The position numbers were made by a program, and so were the translations under genes. Under the pieces are notes generated by a model. That model saw nothing but the letters and a program-made list of their open reading frames with translations. It was not told where the DNA came from and searched no databases. Shown one piece after another: positions 9,412-17,684 of a stretch of 64,000 bases of DNA. Positions within the stretch are counted from its first letter, which is position 1. Each line of letters begins with the position of its first letter. The stretch lies in IMG/VR virus record IMGVR_UViG_3300025010_000010; one strand, 5' to 3'. The stretch comes from a virus.

Positions 9412-9689
9412 CAAATGAAATACTTTATATTGGTCAAAAGATTTCTGTTGCTGGATATTTGTACGAAGTAATCCGGGGTTCAGGACCGTTTTTTACTCTT
9501 AAATGGAAAGGACCATGGGAGAAAGAAAAAGAAGTCTTTCCCACGAGATTGAAAAAGAAAGATCAATTTACAGTAAATGATGATATTCAGATAAAAGTGG
9601 TTGCTGTTTCTGGAACATTATTCAGAATAAAGGTGAAACGTGAACAAATCAGAATTTTGGAAAGTAATATGGATTCCGATAAAGAATAG
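9408..9689 (+). CDS. hypothetical protein
   Basis: ATGA overlap with the upstream stop. Confidence 0.55.
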   Translation: MTNEILYIGQKISVAGYLYEVIRGSGPFFTLKWKGPWEKEKEVFPTRLKKKDQFTVNDDIQIKVVAVSGTLFRIKVKREQIRILESNMDSDKE

Positions 9690-9867
9690 ATTGCCCCCAC
9701 GGATTGATGATTTTGTTTTGGTCTGGAATCCTATCTGGAAAAGAACATTTCTGATTGAATCATATATCGCTCATGAAGCAGCAAAAGTAATACTTGAAAA
9801 TGGATCAATAACAAACGATAGATTTTTTACCCATTGGTGCCAACCTTTTCCACCGGAAGGAAAATGA
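9640..9867 (+). CDS. hypothetical protein (start uncertain)
   Basis: 75-aa ORF overlapping the upstream gene by 50 nt. It fills the space before the endonuclease VII gene. Confidence 0.3.
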   Translation: MNKSEFWKVIWIPIKNRLPPRIDDFVLVWNPIWKRTFLIESYIAHEAAKVILENGSITNDRFFTHWCQPFPPEGK

Positions 9868-10355
9868 AAAGATCAAAGAATATTCAATTAACAAGTTCTA
9901 AAATTCCAAAAATCAGAAATCAATTACTTGAAAAACAAAATGGAATATGCCCAATCTGTAAAGAACAGGTAAAAAGTCCTTGTTTGGATCATCACCACAA
10001 AAGAAAAATAAAAGGGACCGGCCTTGTCCGGGGTGTCCTTTGCAGAAATTGTAATTCATTTATTGCAAAAGCGGAAAACAATTGTATCAGGTTTGCAATA
10101 GATCAATCAAAGTTACCTGAAATATTACGATCTGTTGCTAATTATCTGGAGCAGGATCATACAATATTTATTCATCCCTCTGAGAAACCGAAAGAAAAGA
10201 AATTAAAGAAATCATCATATTGTCAATTGAAAAAGGAATATCTTAAATGTCCTGTAAGAACTCTATTTCCTGATTATCCTAAATCTGGAAAATTGATAAA
10301 ATCATTAGAAAAATTATATCAATATTATAAACTTGAACCTGGATTTTATAAATGA
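9864..10355 (+). CDS. recombination endonuclease VII-like (T4 gp49 family) junction-resolving nuclease
   Basis: CPIC...CLDHHH....G.VRGVLCRNCN matches the Endonuclease_7 zinc/His-Me pattern. ATGA overlap at the start. Confidence 0.75.
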   Translation: MKRSKNIQLTSSKIPKIRNQLLEKQNGICPICKEQVKSPCLDHHHKRKIKGTGLVRGVLCRNCNSFIAKAENNCIRFAIDQSKLPEILRSVANYLEQDHTIFIHPSEKPKEKKLKKSSYCQLKKEYLKCPVRTLFPDYPKSGKLIKSLEKLYQYYKLEPGFYK

Positions 10356-11428
10356 TAAAACAACTTGAAATTATTAATCACGAATCCCATAAAAATACAA
10401 TTATTGATTTCTCCCCTGGATTGAATATTTTCATTGGGCCAACTGATGCCGGGAAATCATCTGCATTCCGGGCCGCCAATCTCCTATTTTTCAATGATCC
10501 TCTTGGGGATTCCATGTTACCTTTATTCTGGAAAGGTGATATGCGAATTACCGGAAGATTTTCAAATCCAGGTTGTGTTATTTCCCGGCTAAAAGGGAAG
10601 GGCTTAAATCATTATCAAGTTGATAACAATGAGCCAATTAATGCCGGTGCTGGTATTCCCCCTGGGGATATCCCTGAATTAATTGGAATGGATAAAGTAA
10701 ATTTTCAGACACAAATTGATCGTGCCTTTTTGATGTTTGAATCCACTGGGGAGCGGGGCAGGATTTTAAATAAGATTGCTGGCCTGGATGATATTGACCG
10801 GGTAATGAGTAATGCCAAATCTGATGAATTGCGGTTAAGCAGGGATTATCAAACGAAAAAGGCATTGTTAATTGATCTTGAAAAAGAGATTGAACAATTT
10901 AATGATATTGAAACAAGGGAACAGAAATTAATTGTTTGTGAACAACTTGAAAAACATATTCTGAATTCCTGGAACAAATCAAAGAAGCTAAAATGGATTA
11001 TCGAGAAGGTAAAACAAGTTGATATTGAACTGGAACCCCTGAATAATTTCCTGAAATGTGAACCACTCGTTAAAGAGGCGGAAACGACCCGTAGAACGAT
11101 TTCTGAAATTCTGAGTAGGGTAGATAGGATTTCATCTATAAATCGCAGGATCAGGCGAACAGATGCCTTGCTGAGTGAATTAAATGATCTGCTAGAAAGA
11201 GAAAAGAAGATTTCCGAGCTGAAGGGGATTTCCGGGAAGATTGATGAGAGTAAAAATAAAATAAAAAAGTTACGAAGAATTTGTTCTGAGTTGAGTATAA
11301 TAAAGGAAAAGGAAAATGAAAATGAGGATGAGATAAAATTGCTTGTATCACAAATTGTAATTGAGAAACAGAAACAACCAAAAATATGTCCAACTTGTGG
11401 GCAGGAGGTGAAGAATGAGGGGCCATAA
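10352..11428 (+). CDS. SbcC/Rad50-like ATPase, N-terminal half (Walker A head + coiled coil + CxxC hook)
   Basis: The N-terminus LEIINHESHKNT...FIGPTDAGKSS is Rad50/SbcC-like. It is followed by a long heptad-rich region. The protein ends with CPTCGQEV. Confidence 0.65.
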   Translation: MIKQLEIINHESHKNTIIDFSPGLNIFIGPTDAGKSSAFRAANLLFFNDPLGDSMLPLFWKGDMRITGRFSNPGCVISRLKGKGLNHYQVDNNEPINAGAGIPPGDIPELIGMDKVNFQTQIDRAFLMFESTGERGRILNKIAGLDDIDRVMSNAKSDELRLSRDYQTKKALLIDLEKEIEQFNDIETREQKLIVCEQLEKHILNSWNKSKKLKWIIEKVKQVDIELEPLNNFLKCEPLVKEAETTRRTISEILSRVDRISSINRRIRRTDALLSELNDLLEREKKISELKGISGKIDESKNKIKKLRRICSELSIIKEKENENEDEIKLLVSQIVIEKQKQPKICPTCGQEVKNEGP

Positions 11429-11807
11429 TGGAACCAAAAGTGTTAGAGTTTGTAAATATATGTTGGAAAATAAGGTGAAATTTAAGGGATTAACTGCCGA
11501 ACATATTACGAGAATTATAAGCAGAAATTTTGAACAAGTTAGTATAACAACTGTTCAAGATATAAATAGGATAATGAATTTTGAATTTTTTCCATGCACA
11601 AGAAAGAAAAACCCCGCTTTTTTTACTTCTAACTTGAAACGTGAAAATGCGATTGAAAAGTCAATCGATGATAACCAAGGCAAAAATATAGCTGATAATG
11701 ATTTAAATAAAAAAATTGATGATCTTTATTGGATTGTTAGTCTTTTGTGTGATGATCTTGGTGTTGATATTGAAGATTTGGCAAAAAGGGCTGATAATAA
11801 AAAATGA
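11415..11807 (+). CDS. hypothetical protein
   Basis: 130-aa ORF lying between the SbcC halves. Confidence 0.5.
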   Translation: MRGHNGTKSVRVCKYMLENKVKFKGLTAEHITRIISRNFEQVSITTVQDINRIMNFEFFPCTRKKNPAFFTSNLKRENAIEKSIDDNQGKNIADNDLNKKIDDLYWIVSLLCDDLGVDIEDLAKRADNKK

Positions 11808-11814
11808 GGAAACC

Positions 11815-12036
11815 ATGAAAAAAATTATAATTATCTGTCTACTTTTTCTTTCCGGCTGTGCCAGTATGAATACAATGATGGTTAACCCAGCAACAAACGA
11901 AACACAACCATGTCATGCATGGGGATTTGGCTTGATTGGGGTGCCAGTAGCTCTGGTTGCTCATAATAATTGTGTGAATAAATTTAAGGAAGCGGGATAC
12001 GTGCCAGCTGATGAAATAAAAATTTCTACCAAATAA
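11815..12036 (+). CDS. small lipoprotein
   Basis: GAGGAAA RBS; MKKIIIICLLFLSGC lipobox signal peptide. Confidence 0.6.
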   Translation: MKKIIIICLLFLSGCASMNTMMVNPATNETQPCHAWGFGLIGVPVALVAHNNCVNKFKEAGYVPADEIKISTK

Positions 12037-12045
12037 GGGGAAAAA

Positions 12046-12228
12046 ATGGCTGATATCCCATTGACGCTTCTTGAAAATTTACGAGAAATGCAAAAAAATA
12101 TGCCGATGTATTTAGAACTCATAAAAATACAAGCTGAATTGAAAAGAGTAAAATTTCTTGAATTAAAAAATCAAGGATTTACTGATGAACAAGCAATTGA
12201 GCTTTGTAAGGGAAACGCATTGATATGA
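12046..12228 (+). CDS. hypothetical protein
   Basis: 60-aa ORF with an ATGA overlap onto the next gene. Confidence 0.5.
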   Translation: MADIPLTLLENLREMQKNMPMYLELIKIQAELKRVKFLELKNQGFTDEQAIELCKGNALI

Positions 12229-13163
12229 AAGCATCGGCAATACTTACTGCAGATATCGAACTCAGGGCCTATGCCCCTTTGTGTCGGACTGATGATCATT
12301 GGAAAACCCAAGAACGAAAAATCAAATGGCTTAGGGAATTACAGGAGAAACATGACAATTGTCCTATTCTGGATGCCGGGGATTTATTTGACAAGAAATA
12401 TAAAGTCAATCCATCTCATGAACTGTTAGGTTGGGCAATAGAAAATTTACCAAGGCCATTTTATACTGTTCCTGGGAATCATGATCTTCCGGGTAAATCA
12501 ATTGAAAATTATCAGAATTCAGCAATGGCTGTATTGGAAAGGGCTGGTATTGTCACAAGTATAAATTTTCATAAATTTGATAGAAATATTTTATTAAATT
12601 ATCAAAAATGCAATATAGCAAATTTGGCATTAATCCCATGGGGGGTTGGTATTAAGCCGGATTTACCTGCAAATTGGGATAAGGGGATTAATATTGCCCT
12701 TGTTCATGCAATGGTTTACAAAGATTCTCCCCCATTTCCAGGTTGTGAAGGATATTCAGCAAAAGAATTAATGAATCTTCTTCCTGATTTTGATTTAATT
12801 GTTTCAGGACATAATCATCAAACATTTACCCATAAAATTGGGAATCGAATTCTTGTTAATCCTGGTTCATTGATGCGGAATGATGCGGACCAGATTGACC
12901 ATAAACCATCTGTATTTCTTTGGTTTGCGGAAACAAATGAAATTGAGCAGGTATTTGTCCCAATCAGAAAAGGAGTAATCAGCCGGGAACATATTGAAGA
13001 AGTATATGCAAGAGAAACAAGGCTTGATGCATTTGTAGAAAAATTAGGTGATACCGTTGAACACGGAATTGATTTTTTGAAGAATTTGGAAACAGCAACG
13101 GATAATAAAGAAATTCCTCAACCTGTGAAAGATAAGGTTTGGGGATATGTCGAACAAAAATAA
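12225..13163 (+). CDS. sbcD: SbcD/Mre11-like metallophosphoesterase nuclease
   Basis: Calcineurin-like motifs GDLFD, VPGNHD, ALVHA and SGHNHQ, in the position expected between SbcC-like pieces. Confidence 0.75.
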   Translation: MKASAILTADIELRAYAPLCRTDDHWKTQERKIKWLRELQEKHDNCPILDAGDLFDKKYKVNPSHELLGWAIENLPRPFYTVPGNHDLPGKSIENYQNSAMAVLERAGIVTSINFHKFDRNILLNYQKCNIANLALIPWGVGIKPDLPANWDKGINIALVHAMVYKDSPPFPGCEGYSAKELMNLLPDFDLIVSGHNHQTFTHKIGNRILVNPGSLMRNDADQIDHKPSVFLWFAETNEIEQVFVPIRKGVISREHIEEVYARETRLDAFVEKLGDTVEHGIDFLKNLETATDNKEIPQPVKDKVWGYVEQK

Positions 13164-13401
13164 ATCAAGGAAACAAGAAATGACACTTGATGAAATGACC
13201 AGAAAACTTGAACAGAAAAAGGAAAGAGCCGCTGAACTCCGAGGGGAGAAGACTTCACAAATTAAACGGCTTGCCGAGGAAGGATGTAAGACAATTGAAG
13301 AAGCCGAAAAGGAAATTGAAAAAGAAGAATTGAAAGCCGCAAAACTCCAGAAAGAATTTGACAAAAAACTTGAGCAACTTGAAACAGAATATGAGTGGTA
13401 A
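13147..13401 (+). CDS. coiled-coil protein (possible descending coiled-coil piece of the split SbcC)
   Basis: 84 aa, almost entirely charged heptad repeats (KLEQKKERAAELRGE...). Confidence 0.45.
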   Translation: MSNKNKSRKQEMTLDEMTRKLEQKKERAAELRGEKTSQIKRLAEEGCKTIEEAEKEIEKEELKAAKLQKEFDKKLEQLETEYEW

Positions 13402-14037
13402 ATGAATACTCAACAATTCAGATCAGCAATTGACCAGAGAAAGGGTAAACGGGATCAAATTCAAAATCAAATTGATTCTACCCGTTTGGAATCCCAAAAA
13501 CTCAGAAGGGAACACAGGTTAGCGGAACGGGCCAAAATCCTAATTCAAACGGTTGCTCAGCAAACTCAGGAAGAGTTGAAATATCAATTATCGGAACTTC
13601 CCAAACTCGCATTGCAGGGGGTTTTTGATGATCCTTATGATTTTGAAGTTGCAATTGAATTGAGAAGGGGGAAAACAGAAGCTGATTTTTGGTTTGTTAG
13701 GGATGGACAAAGATTGAATCCTAAAAAATCAACTGGCCTTGGCTCCGTTGATATTGCTGGAACAGCATTAAGGGCTGCATTATGGAGCTTAAAAAGGCCA
13801 AGAAACAGGCCAATTATATTTTTGGATGAACCATTTAAACATTTGAAAGGGCAAGAAACAAATATCAGAGCCTTGGCAATGCTAAAAGAAATTTGTAAAC
13901 CAAGACCTGAACAGAATTGGCCTGGATTACAAATTATAATGATTGCGGACGAGCGGGCATCAAGAGACGACCTTGAATTGGTTGCCGATAAAATATTTGA
14001 ATTTTCGATTAAAAACAGGGAAACAAAAGTAAAATAA
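13402..14037 (+). CDS. SbcC/Rad50-like ATPase, C-terminal half (signature-like + Walker B/D-loop)
   Basis: N-terminal coiled coil, then KSTGLGSVDIAGTALRAAL (signature-like) and PIIFLDEPFKHL (Walker B). Confidence 0.5.
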   Translation: MNTQQFRSAIDQRKGKRDQIQNQIDSTRLESQKLRREHRLAERAKILIQTVAQQTQEELKYQLSELPKLALQGVFDDPYDFEVAIELRRGKTEADFWFVRDGQRLNPKKSTGLGSVDIAGTALRAALWSLKRPRNRPIIFLDEPFKHLKGQETNIRALAMLKEICKPRPEQNWPGLQIIMIADERASRDDLELVADKIFEFSIKNRETKVK

Positions 14038-14049
14038 AAGGAGGACAAA

Positions 14050-14358
14050 ATGTTTCAATCAATTACGAATGCTCATGTAATAGGAATGCTTGTAGCCATC
14101 GCAATTTTCTTTAGCGGTGCAATATCTGGAATATGGTGGAAAGAATTAATTAATTTGGGAATTGTTAAAAATGGGGATTTTTTATCGAAAAGTGTAGAAG
14201 AAAAAATTAAACAAAAAGCAGTAAAACTTGGATATGCATTTTGGGAAGTTGATGAATTTGGAGAAACAGCCTTCACCTGGAAGGAAAATGTTAATATCAA
14301 TATTTATCAGGCAGGTGGGATAACAAGCCTCTGCGGAGAACGGGAAAATAAATTATGA
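14050..14358 (+). CDS. membrane protein
   Basis: GGAGGACAAAATG start context; N-terminal TM (VIGMLVAIAIFFSGAISGIWW). This is the last AT-rich gene before the compositional switch. Confidence 0.55.
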   Translation: MFQSITNAHVIGMLVAIAIFFSGAISGIWWKELINLGIVKNGDFLSKSVEEKIKQKAVKLGYAFWEVDEFGETAFTWKENVNINIYQAGGITSLCGERENKL

Positions 14359-14362
14359 ACAA

Positions 14363-14495
14363 GTACGGCGGTGGCGGAAAGGGTAGACGCTATGGATACG
14401 GCCCAGACCAGTGCGATATGGCCAATCGAGCTGTCGTAAGCGCAAATGCCTAAGTTGCTGGAGTGCAGAGTTCGATTCTCTGCCAGCCGTACACC
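14363..14495 (+). tRNA. aberrant tRNA-like element (tRNA-Leu-type acceptor/D arm and canonical T arm, ~40 nt too long, no foldable anticodon arm); possibly pseudo, intron-bearing or a novel tRNA-derived RNA
   Basis: The 5' end reads ACGGCGG-TG-GCG-GAAAGGGTAGA-CGC, which has the class II Leu D-arm architecture. The T arm is CAGAG-TTCGATT-CTCTG (14466-14482). The 3' acceptor strand CC(A)GCCGT pairs with the 5' strand with one bulge, and the discriminator is A14491. Confidence 0.45.
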
Positions 14496-14508
14496 TTAAG
14501 GAGGGGAT

Positions 14509-14820
14509 ATGCACTATACTGATAGCATAATGGATGGGGTAGATTGGGACGCGCCAGGGAGTAAAGAAAAATTAAACACATCAACACTGACCTTGCTTGT
14601 TCCTGCTTTAAGGCAATATCAGCACAATGATGGATCAGGGTTGCTTGCTGGATATGATAGGAATGAAACGGAAAGAATTGTTGCTGGCCTGGCCGCCCGC
14701 ATCCAGCAGCTCGAAGCCGAGCTTGCGCAGAAGGATGAGGCGCTGAGGGAGATAGAAACCATTGCTATATTGACAAAATTTATGGATATAGCCGACAAGG
14801 CCAGGGAGGGGCTGAAATAA
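14509..14820 (+). CDS. hypothetical protein (GC-rich island)
   Basis: AAGGAGG RBS; 103 aa; coiled-coil C-terminus. Confidence 0.6.
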   Translation: MHYTDSIMDGVDWDAPGSKEKLNTSTLTLLVPALRQYQHNDGSGLLAGYDRNETERIVAGLAARIQQLEAELAQKDEALREIETIAILTKFMDIADKAREGLK

Positions 14821-15053
14821 TGGAGGGAGCAATGGACACGGAAGCGAATGAGAAAAGCGGAGAGGTTGGCGCTCCGGTTGAGGCTGTGGTTATTTCACGC
14901 CCAGACGGAATTAAAAAAATGTTGTGCATGGAGGTGTTGTGCGCCCGGTGCGGTGAGGTTAATCATCACGAATATACGTCGCTCCCCACATTGGTTGAGT
15001 GTTTTTTCTGTGGGCTGAAGGGAGAGATATCCGACAAGGCCAGGGTGAAATAA
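14820..15053 (+). CDS. hypothetical zinc-ribbon protein (GC-rich island)
   Basis: TAATG overlap with the upstream gene; CARCG...CFFCG. Confidence 0.5.
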   Translation: MEGAMDTEANEKSGEVGAPVEAVVISRPDGIKKMLCMEVLCARCGEVNHHEYTSLPTLVECFFCGLKGEISDKARVK

Positions 15054-15223
15054 AACGCCCCACGCCGGGAGGGAGGTCCAGCATGGGGCAACCGTCCCGA
15101 GGAGGTGTAGGACGGAACTATTGATTCATTTCCTTCAGAGCTTTCATCATTTTACGGTGCTTCTCTTCCCGCCGCCGTTCAATCAGCGGAACAAGATTCA
15201 ATATTTTCTGTTTCGGAGGTTTC

Positions 15224-15607
15224 TTAACTCCGGTAGAATTCGTGGTTTCCAATCTTTTTCACCAGTGCCATACTCGCGGCCCAGGGTGGCCTGACAACGG
15301 AAGGATTGAAATAATGATCAGCGCCGTGCAGGGTAAATCCAGTCAGCCGCTCTGCAAAGGCATCCACCACAGACACCGCACATTTAATCATTTCCTGCGG
15401 CGATTTGATTGCCGGGATAGATCCGCCATTGTACCATGAGAACTGTTGCGACGCCCTAATTACCTCTTCCACGTCCTGCTTCCGTCGCTGTGCCCTGTTC
15501 AGCACGACATGACAGATTGCAATGCGTCCCTCATTCGATTCGCCCCGCGCCTCAAAATAGAGGTTGATGGTCAGCCAGAACAGCCAATCAATCCATTTTG
15601 CGTTCAT
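15224..15607 (-). CDS. cell-wall hydrolase, SleB/CwlJ (Hydrolase_2) type; likely endolysin
   Basis: NLYFEARGES..G..AI.HVVLNR ... QFSWY ... HYF pattern of Hydrolase_2. Start trimmed to the ATG at 15607 after GGGAG. Confidence 0.75.
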   Translation of the reverse strand: MNAKWIDWLFWLTINLYFEARGESNEGRIAICHVVLNRAQRRKQDVEEVIRASQQFSWYNGGSIPAIKSPQEMIKCAVSVVDAFAERLTGFTLHGADHYFNPSVVRPPWAASMALVKKIGNHEFYRS

Positions 15608-15795
15608 TCGATCTCCCTGAAATAAATACACTCCTGCGGGCAACACGCCTTTGCCGTGAGTATCAGCTCCTCAATATCATCGCTGCGCCTGCAAACAATC
15701 TGCCGCCCCCCATACATCGAGACAAAACCGGGTACCCATTCCTCACAGCATTCGCACATCGTGCAGGCTGGCCCAGCGCAGAGGATGAATTTCAT
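15604..15795 (-). CDS. small Cys-rich protein
   Basis: ATGA overlaps at both ends; CAGPACTMCECCEE. Confidence 0.5.
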   Translation of the reverse strand: MKFILCAGPACTMCECCEEWVPGFVSMYGGRQIVCRRSDDIEELILTAKACCPQECIYFREIE

Positions 15796-16325
15796 GGCCT
15801 GATTGTCCAAACGTCTATTGGCAGGCCGTGGTGTCGAATATCCTTTTTCGTCTCTTCGACAAACCGCACATTCGCCGGGTTCTCCAGGATAAACAGAATG
15901 CCGCCCCTGTCCCTCCCGGACAACCGCATGTACCTGAGGGCCTGCCCCATGGCTTCGTAATGCTTGAACCCTGCGAACTCCACCTCAACCGCGTGGGTAT
16001 CGGTCAGGCAATCAATCTCCTTGCTCTGGATGGTGACCACCTTCCCGCCGTGGGCATCACACCATTTCTTTTGGAAAAAGGATTCCGGCAAGGGATGGCC
16101 GGCAATTGCACTTGTGGTCACCGCATGAGCCATAAAACAGATTGTTGTCAATATTTTGCAAAATCTGAGCGACAACATCATAAAAAACACCACCAGCAGG
16201 TAGATTCGTACCCGCAGAACCAGAAATAAATGAACGTCAGGACCGGGCCGAGGATCGATCCGCCAATTATCAGATATTGTTTTGTGAGCCTGGTCATGCT
16301 TCGTGATTGATCGGTGGGATTTCAA
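15792..16325 (-). CDS. membrane-anchored or secreted protein with a PD-(D/E)XK-like motif (start uncertain)
   Basis: Hydrophobic segment YLLVVFFMMLSL, then IDCLTDTHAVEVEFAGFK...GQALRY. The function assignment is tentative. Confidence 0.45.
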   Translation of the reverse strand: MKSHRSITKHDQAHKTISDNWRIDPRPGPDVHLFLVLRVRIYLLVVFFMMLSLRFCKILTTICFMAHAVTTSAIAGHPLPESFFQKKWCDAHGGKVVTIQSKEIDCLTDTHAVEVEFAGFKHYEAMGQALRYMRLSGRDRGGILFILENPANVRFVEETKKDIRHHGLPIDVWTIRP

Positions 16326-16764
16326 GCTTGTTTGCTATTCTACCCAAGTAAACCAGGATGTTTGTTTTCCAGCGCTGGTCAGTATCTTTCCACCGTTGGT
16401 CTTCTTCCCTGGCCTTGTCGCGGGAATGGTCCATCTCATCCTGCCTTACTGATACGTCTGTCACTTTATCAAAAATAGCCTTCCGACATTTAACTGAATC
16501 AGCTTCGTGGTCGGACCAAGTTATGCAATGCTCTTTAAGCGCCGTGATCTCCCTGCCGTGACTTGATACAGTTTGGCGCATATCATCAAGTTTAGACACG
16601 GTTGCCCGCATGTCCTCAAGTTTGGATACAGTTGCCCGCATATCCTCAAATTGCTGATCCTTTGCCCCCTCGGCTCTTGCCCGTCTACGGTCAAGTGAGA
16701 TTACCGTTCCGATTGTTACAGCAGCAGACAAAACAGTTACCACCACCGAAAGTTCAATGTTCAT
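16294..16764 (-). CDS. type II membrane coiled-coil protein with decapeptide repeats (i-spanin-like architecture)
   Basis: Start trimmed to the ATG at 16764 after AAGGAG. N-terminal TM (LSVVVTVLSAAVTIGTVI), then EDMRATVSKL x2.5 and a coiled coil. Confidence 0.6.
   Translation of the reverse strand: MNIELSVVVTVLSAAVTIGTVISLDRRRARAEGAKDQQFEDMRATVSKLEDMRATVSKLDDMRQTVSSHGREITALKEHCITWSDHEADSVKCRKAIFDKVTDVSVRQDEMDHSRDKAREEDQRWKDTDQRWKTNILVYLGRIANKLEIPPINHEA
16561..16667 (-). repeat. ~3.5 tandem copies of a 30-bp unit (in-frame decapeptide repeat)
   Basis: Units are gcatatcatcaagtttagacacggttgccc, gcatgtcctcaagtttggatacagttgccc and gcatatcctcaaattgctgatcctttgccc, plus a partial leading copy. Confidence 0.85.
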
Positions 16765-16828
16765 CCCCAGCTCCTTTGCCCGGCCTGTTGAGGCTCGCGA
16801 GCTTTCATTTTTATTCCCTTTGCCCGGA

Positions 16829-17038
16829 CTACTTACGAGCGTACTTTTTTGGTATTGACTTAGTCCGCCCCTGTTCGTCTTTCCAAAATTCCCAACTCGC
16901 CGTCCCGTCCGCGGACCAAGAAGTACAGCCATTGGTGAAGCAGACTGCCGTACCATTTTTCCAATGTGAGAAATACCGCTTCTCCCATTCCAGGCCTGTG
17001 TTGCTCACGTAAATCTTGTCGTTCTTTTTCATTTTCAT
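16829..17038 (-). CDS. hypothetical protein
   Basis: 69 aa; ATGA overlap with the upstream gene. Confidence 0.5.
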   Translation of the reverse strand: MKMKKNDKIYVSNTGLEWEKRYFSHWKNGTAVCFTNGCTSWSADGTASWEFWKDEQGRTKSIPKKYARK

Positions 17039-17481
17039 GGTTTGAGCGCCTCATTGTTGAAGTCAGGCCAGAGGCCTATTTCTTTTTGTTTCTGCTTCAA
17101 TTCCCAGAATATCTGGCCCAATGCCAATTTTGTATTGACACCGCTGTAATAGACCATAGCCGTCTGTCGGCGCAACATCTTCAACCATTCCCACCTCGAT
17201 TTGTTGTCTATGATGGAAAGCGTGTTTAGCAAGAAGAGCCTATTCATCAACGTGAACCCGTCTTGCGTCGGCTCAGTCATTTCCATATCAGTGTCGTGGA
17301 AATAGCAAGCAGGGCTTATCCTGAGGAACCAAATGCGCTCTGGTACGACTTTCTCCCAAAACCCTTGTCCTGCCCCGCAGCAATCAGGGAACTCGCTCAA
17401 CGTCTTGTATGGAACCTCTATGCCCTTGCGAACGATGAAGGGTACACCATCAAGAGTGATGAGATCGTAGGTGTCGAACAT
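17035..17481 (-). CDS. hypothetical protein (possibly DUF1353-like)
   Basis: 148 aa; CYFHDTDM and downstream hydrophobic helix pattern. Tentative. Confidence 0.5.
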   Translation of the reverse strand: MFDTYDLITLDGVPFIVRKGIEVPYKTLSEFPDCCGAGQGFWEKVVPERIWFLRISPACYFHDTDMEMTEPTQDGFTLMNRLFLLNTLSIIDNKSRWEWLKMLRRQTAMVYYSGVNTKLALGQIFWELKQKQKEIGLWPDFNNEALKP

Positions 17482-17483
17482 GA

Positions 17484-17684
17484 CTATTCGCCGCGATTCG
17501 CCTTTACTGCCTTGTGTGCAAACCCACCACCTACGAACAGCAGCCCCAACTCATCACAGACGCCAGCCCAAATGATAAGATGAGGAAAATAATTCCTTAG
17601 AATTACTGATACAGTAAAAAGAAGTGAACCGATTGCAACTTTCTTCCCGCTGAAGAACTCCCATGCTTGCTCAAAAATGTTCAT
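17484..17684 (-). CDS. small two-TM membrane protein (holin candidate)
   Basis: 66 aa with two hydrophobic spans and a charged C-terminus (KAVKANRGE). Confidence 0.45.
   Translation of the reverse strand: MNIFEQAWEFFSGKKVAIGSLLFTVSVILRNYFPHLIIWAGVCDELGLLFVGGGFAHKAVKANRGE

Noticed and set aside
14363-14495. Miniature tmRNA: short frame GCC AAT CGA GCT GTC GTA AGC GCA AAT GCC TAA with its stop in a hairpin loop, as in tmRNA helix 5.
   Set aside because: The element has a true tRNA-Leu-type D stem. It lacks a G3:U70 alanine identity pair, a helix 2 and pseudoknots. The putative tag (ANRAVVSANA) lacks the usual hydrophobic ALAA-type end. It is kept only as a remote possibility.
15055-15115. Hairpins GCCCCA...TGGGGC and CCGTCC...GGACGG between the convergent genes, as bidirectional intrinsic terminators.
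   Set aside because: The loops are long (21 and 12 nt) and neither is followed by a T-tract on either strand. That is not enough to call a terminator.
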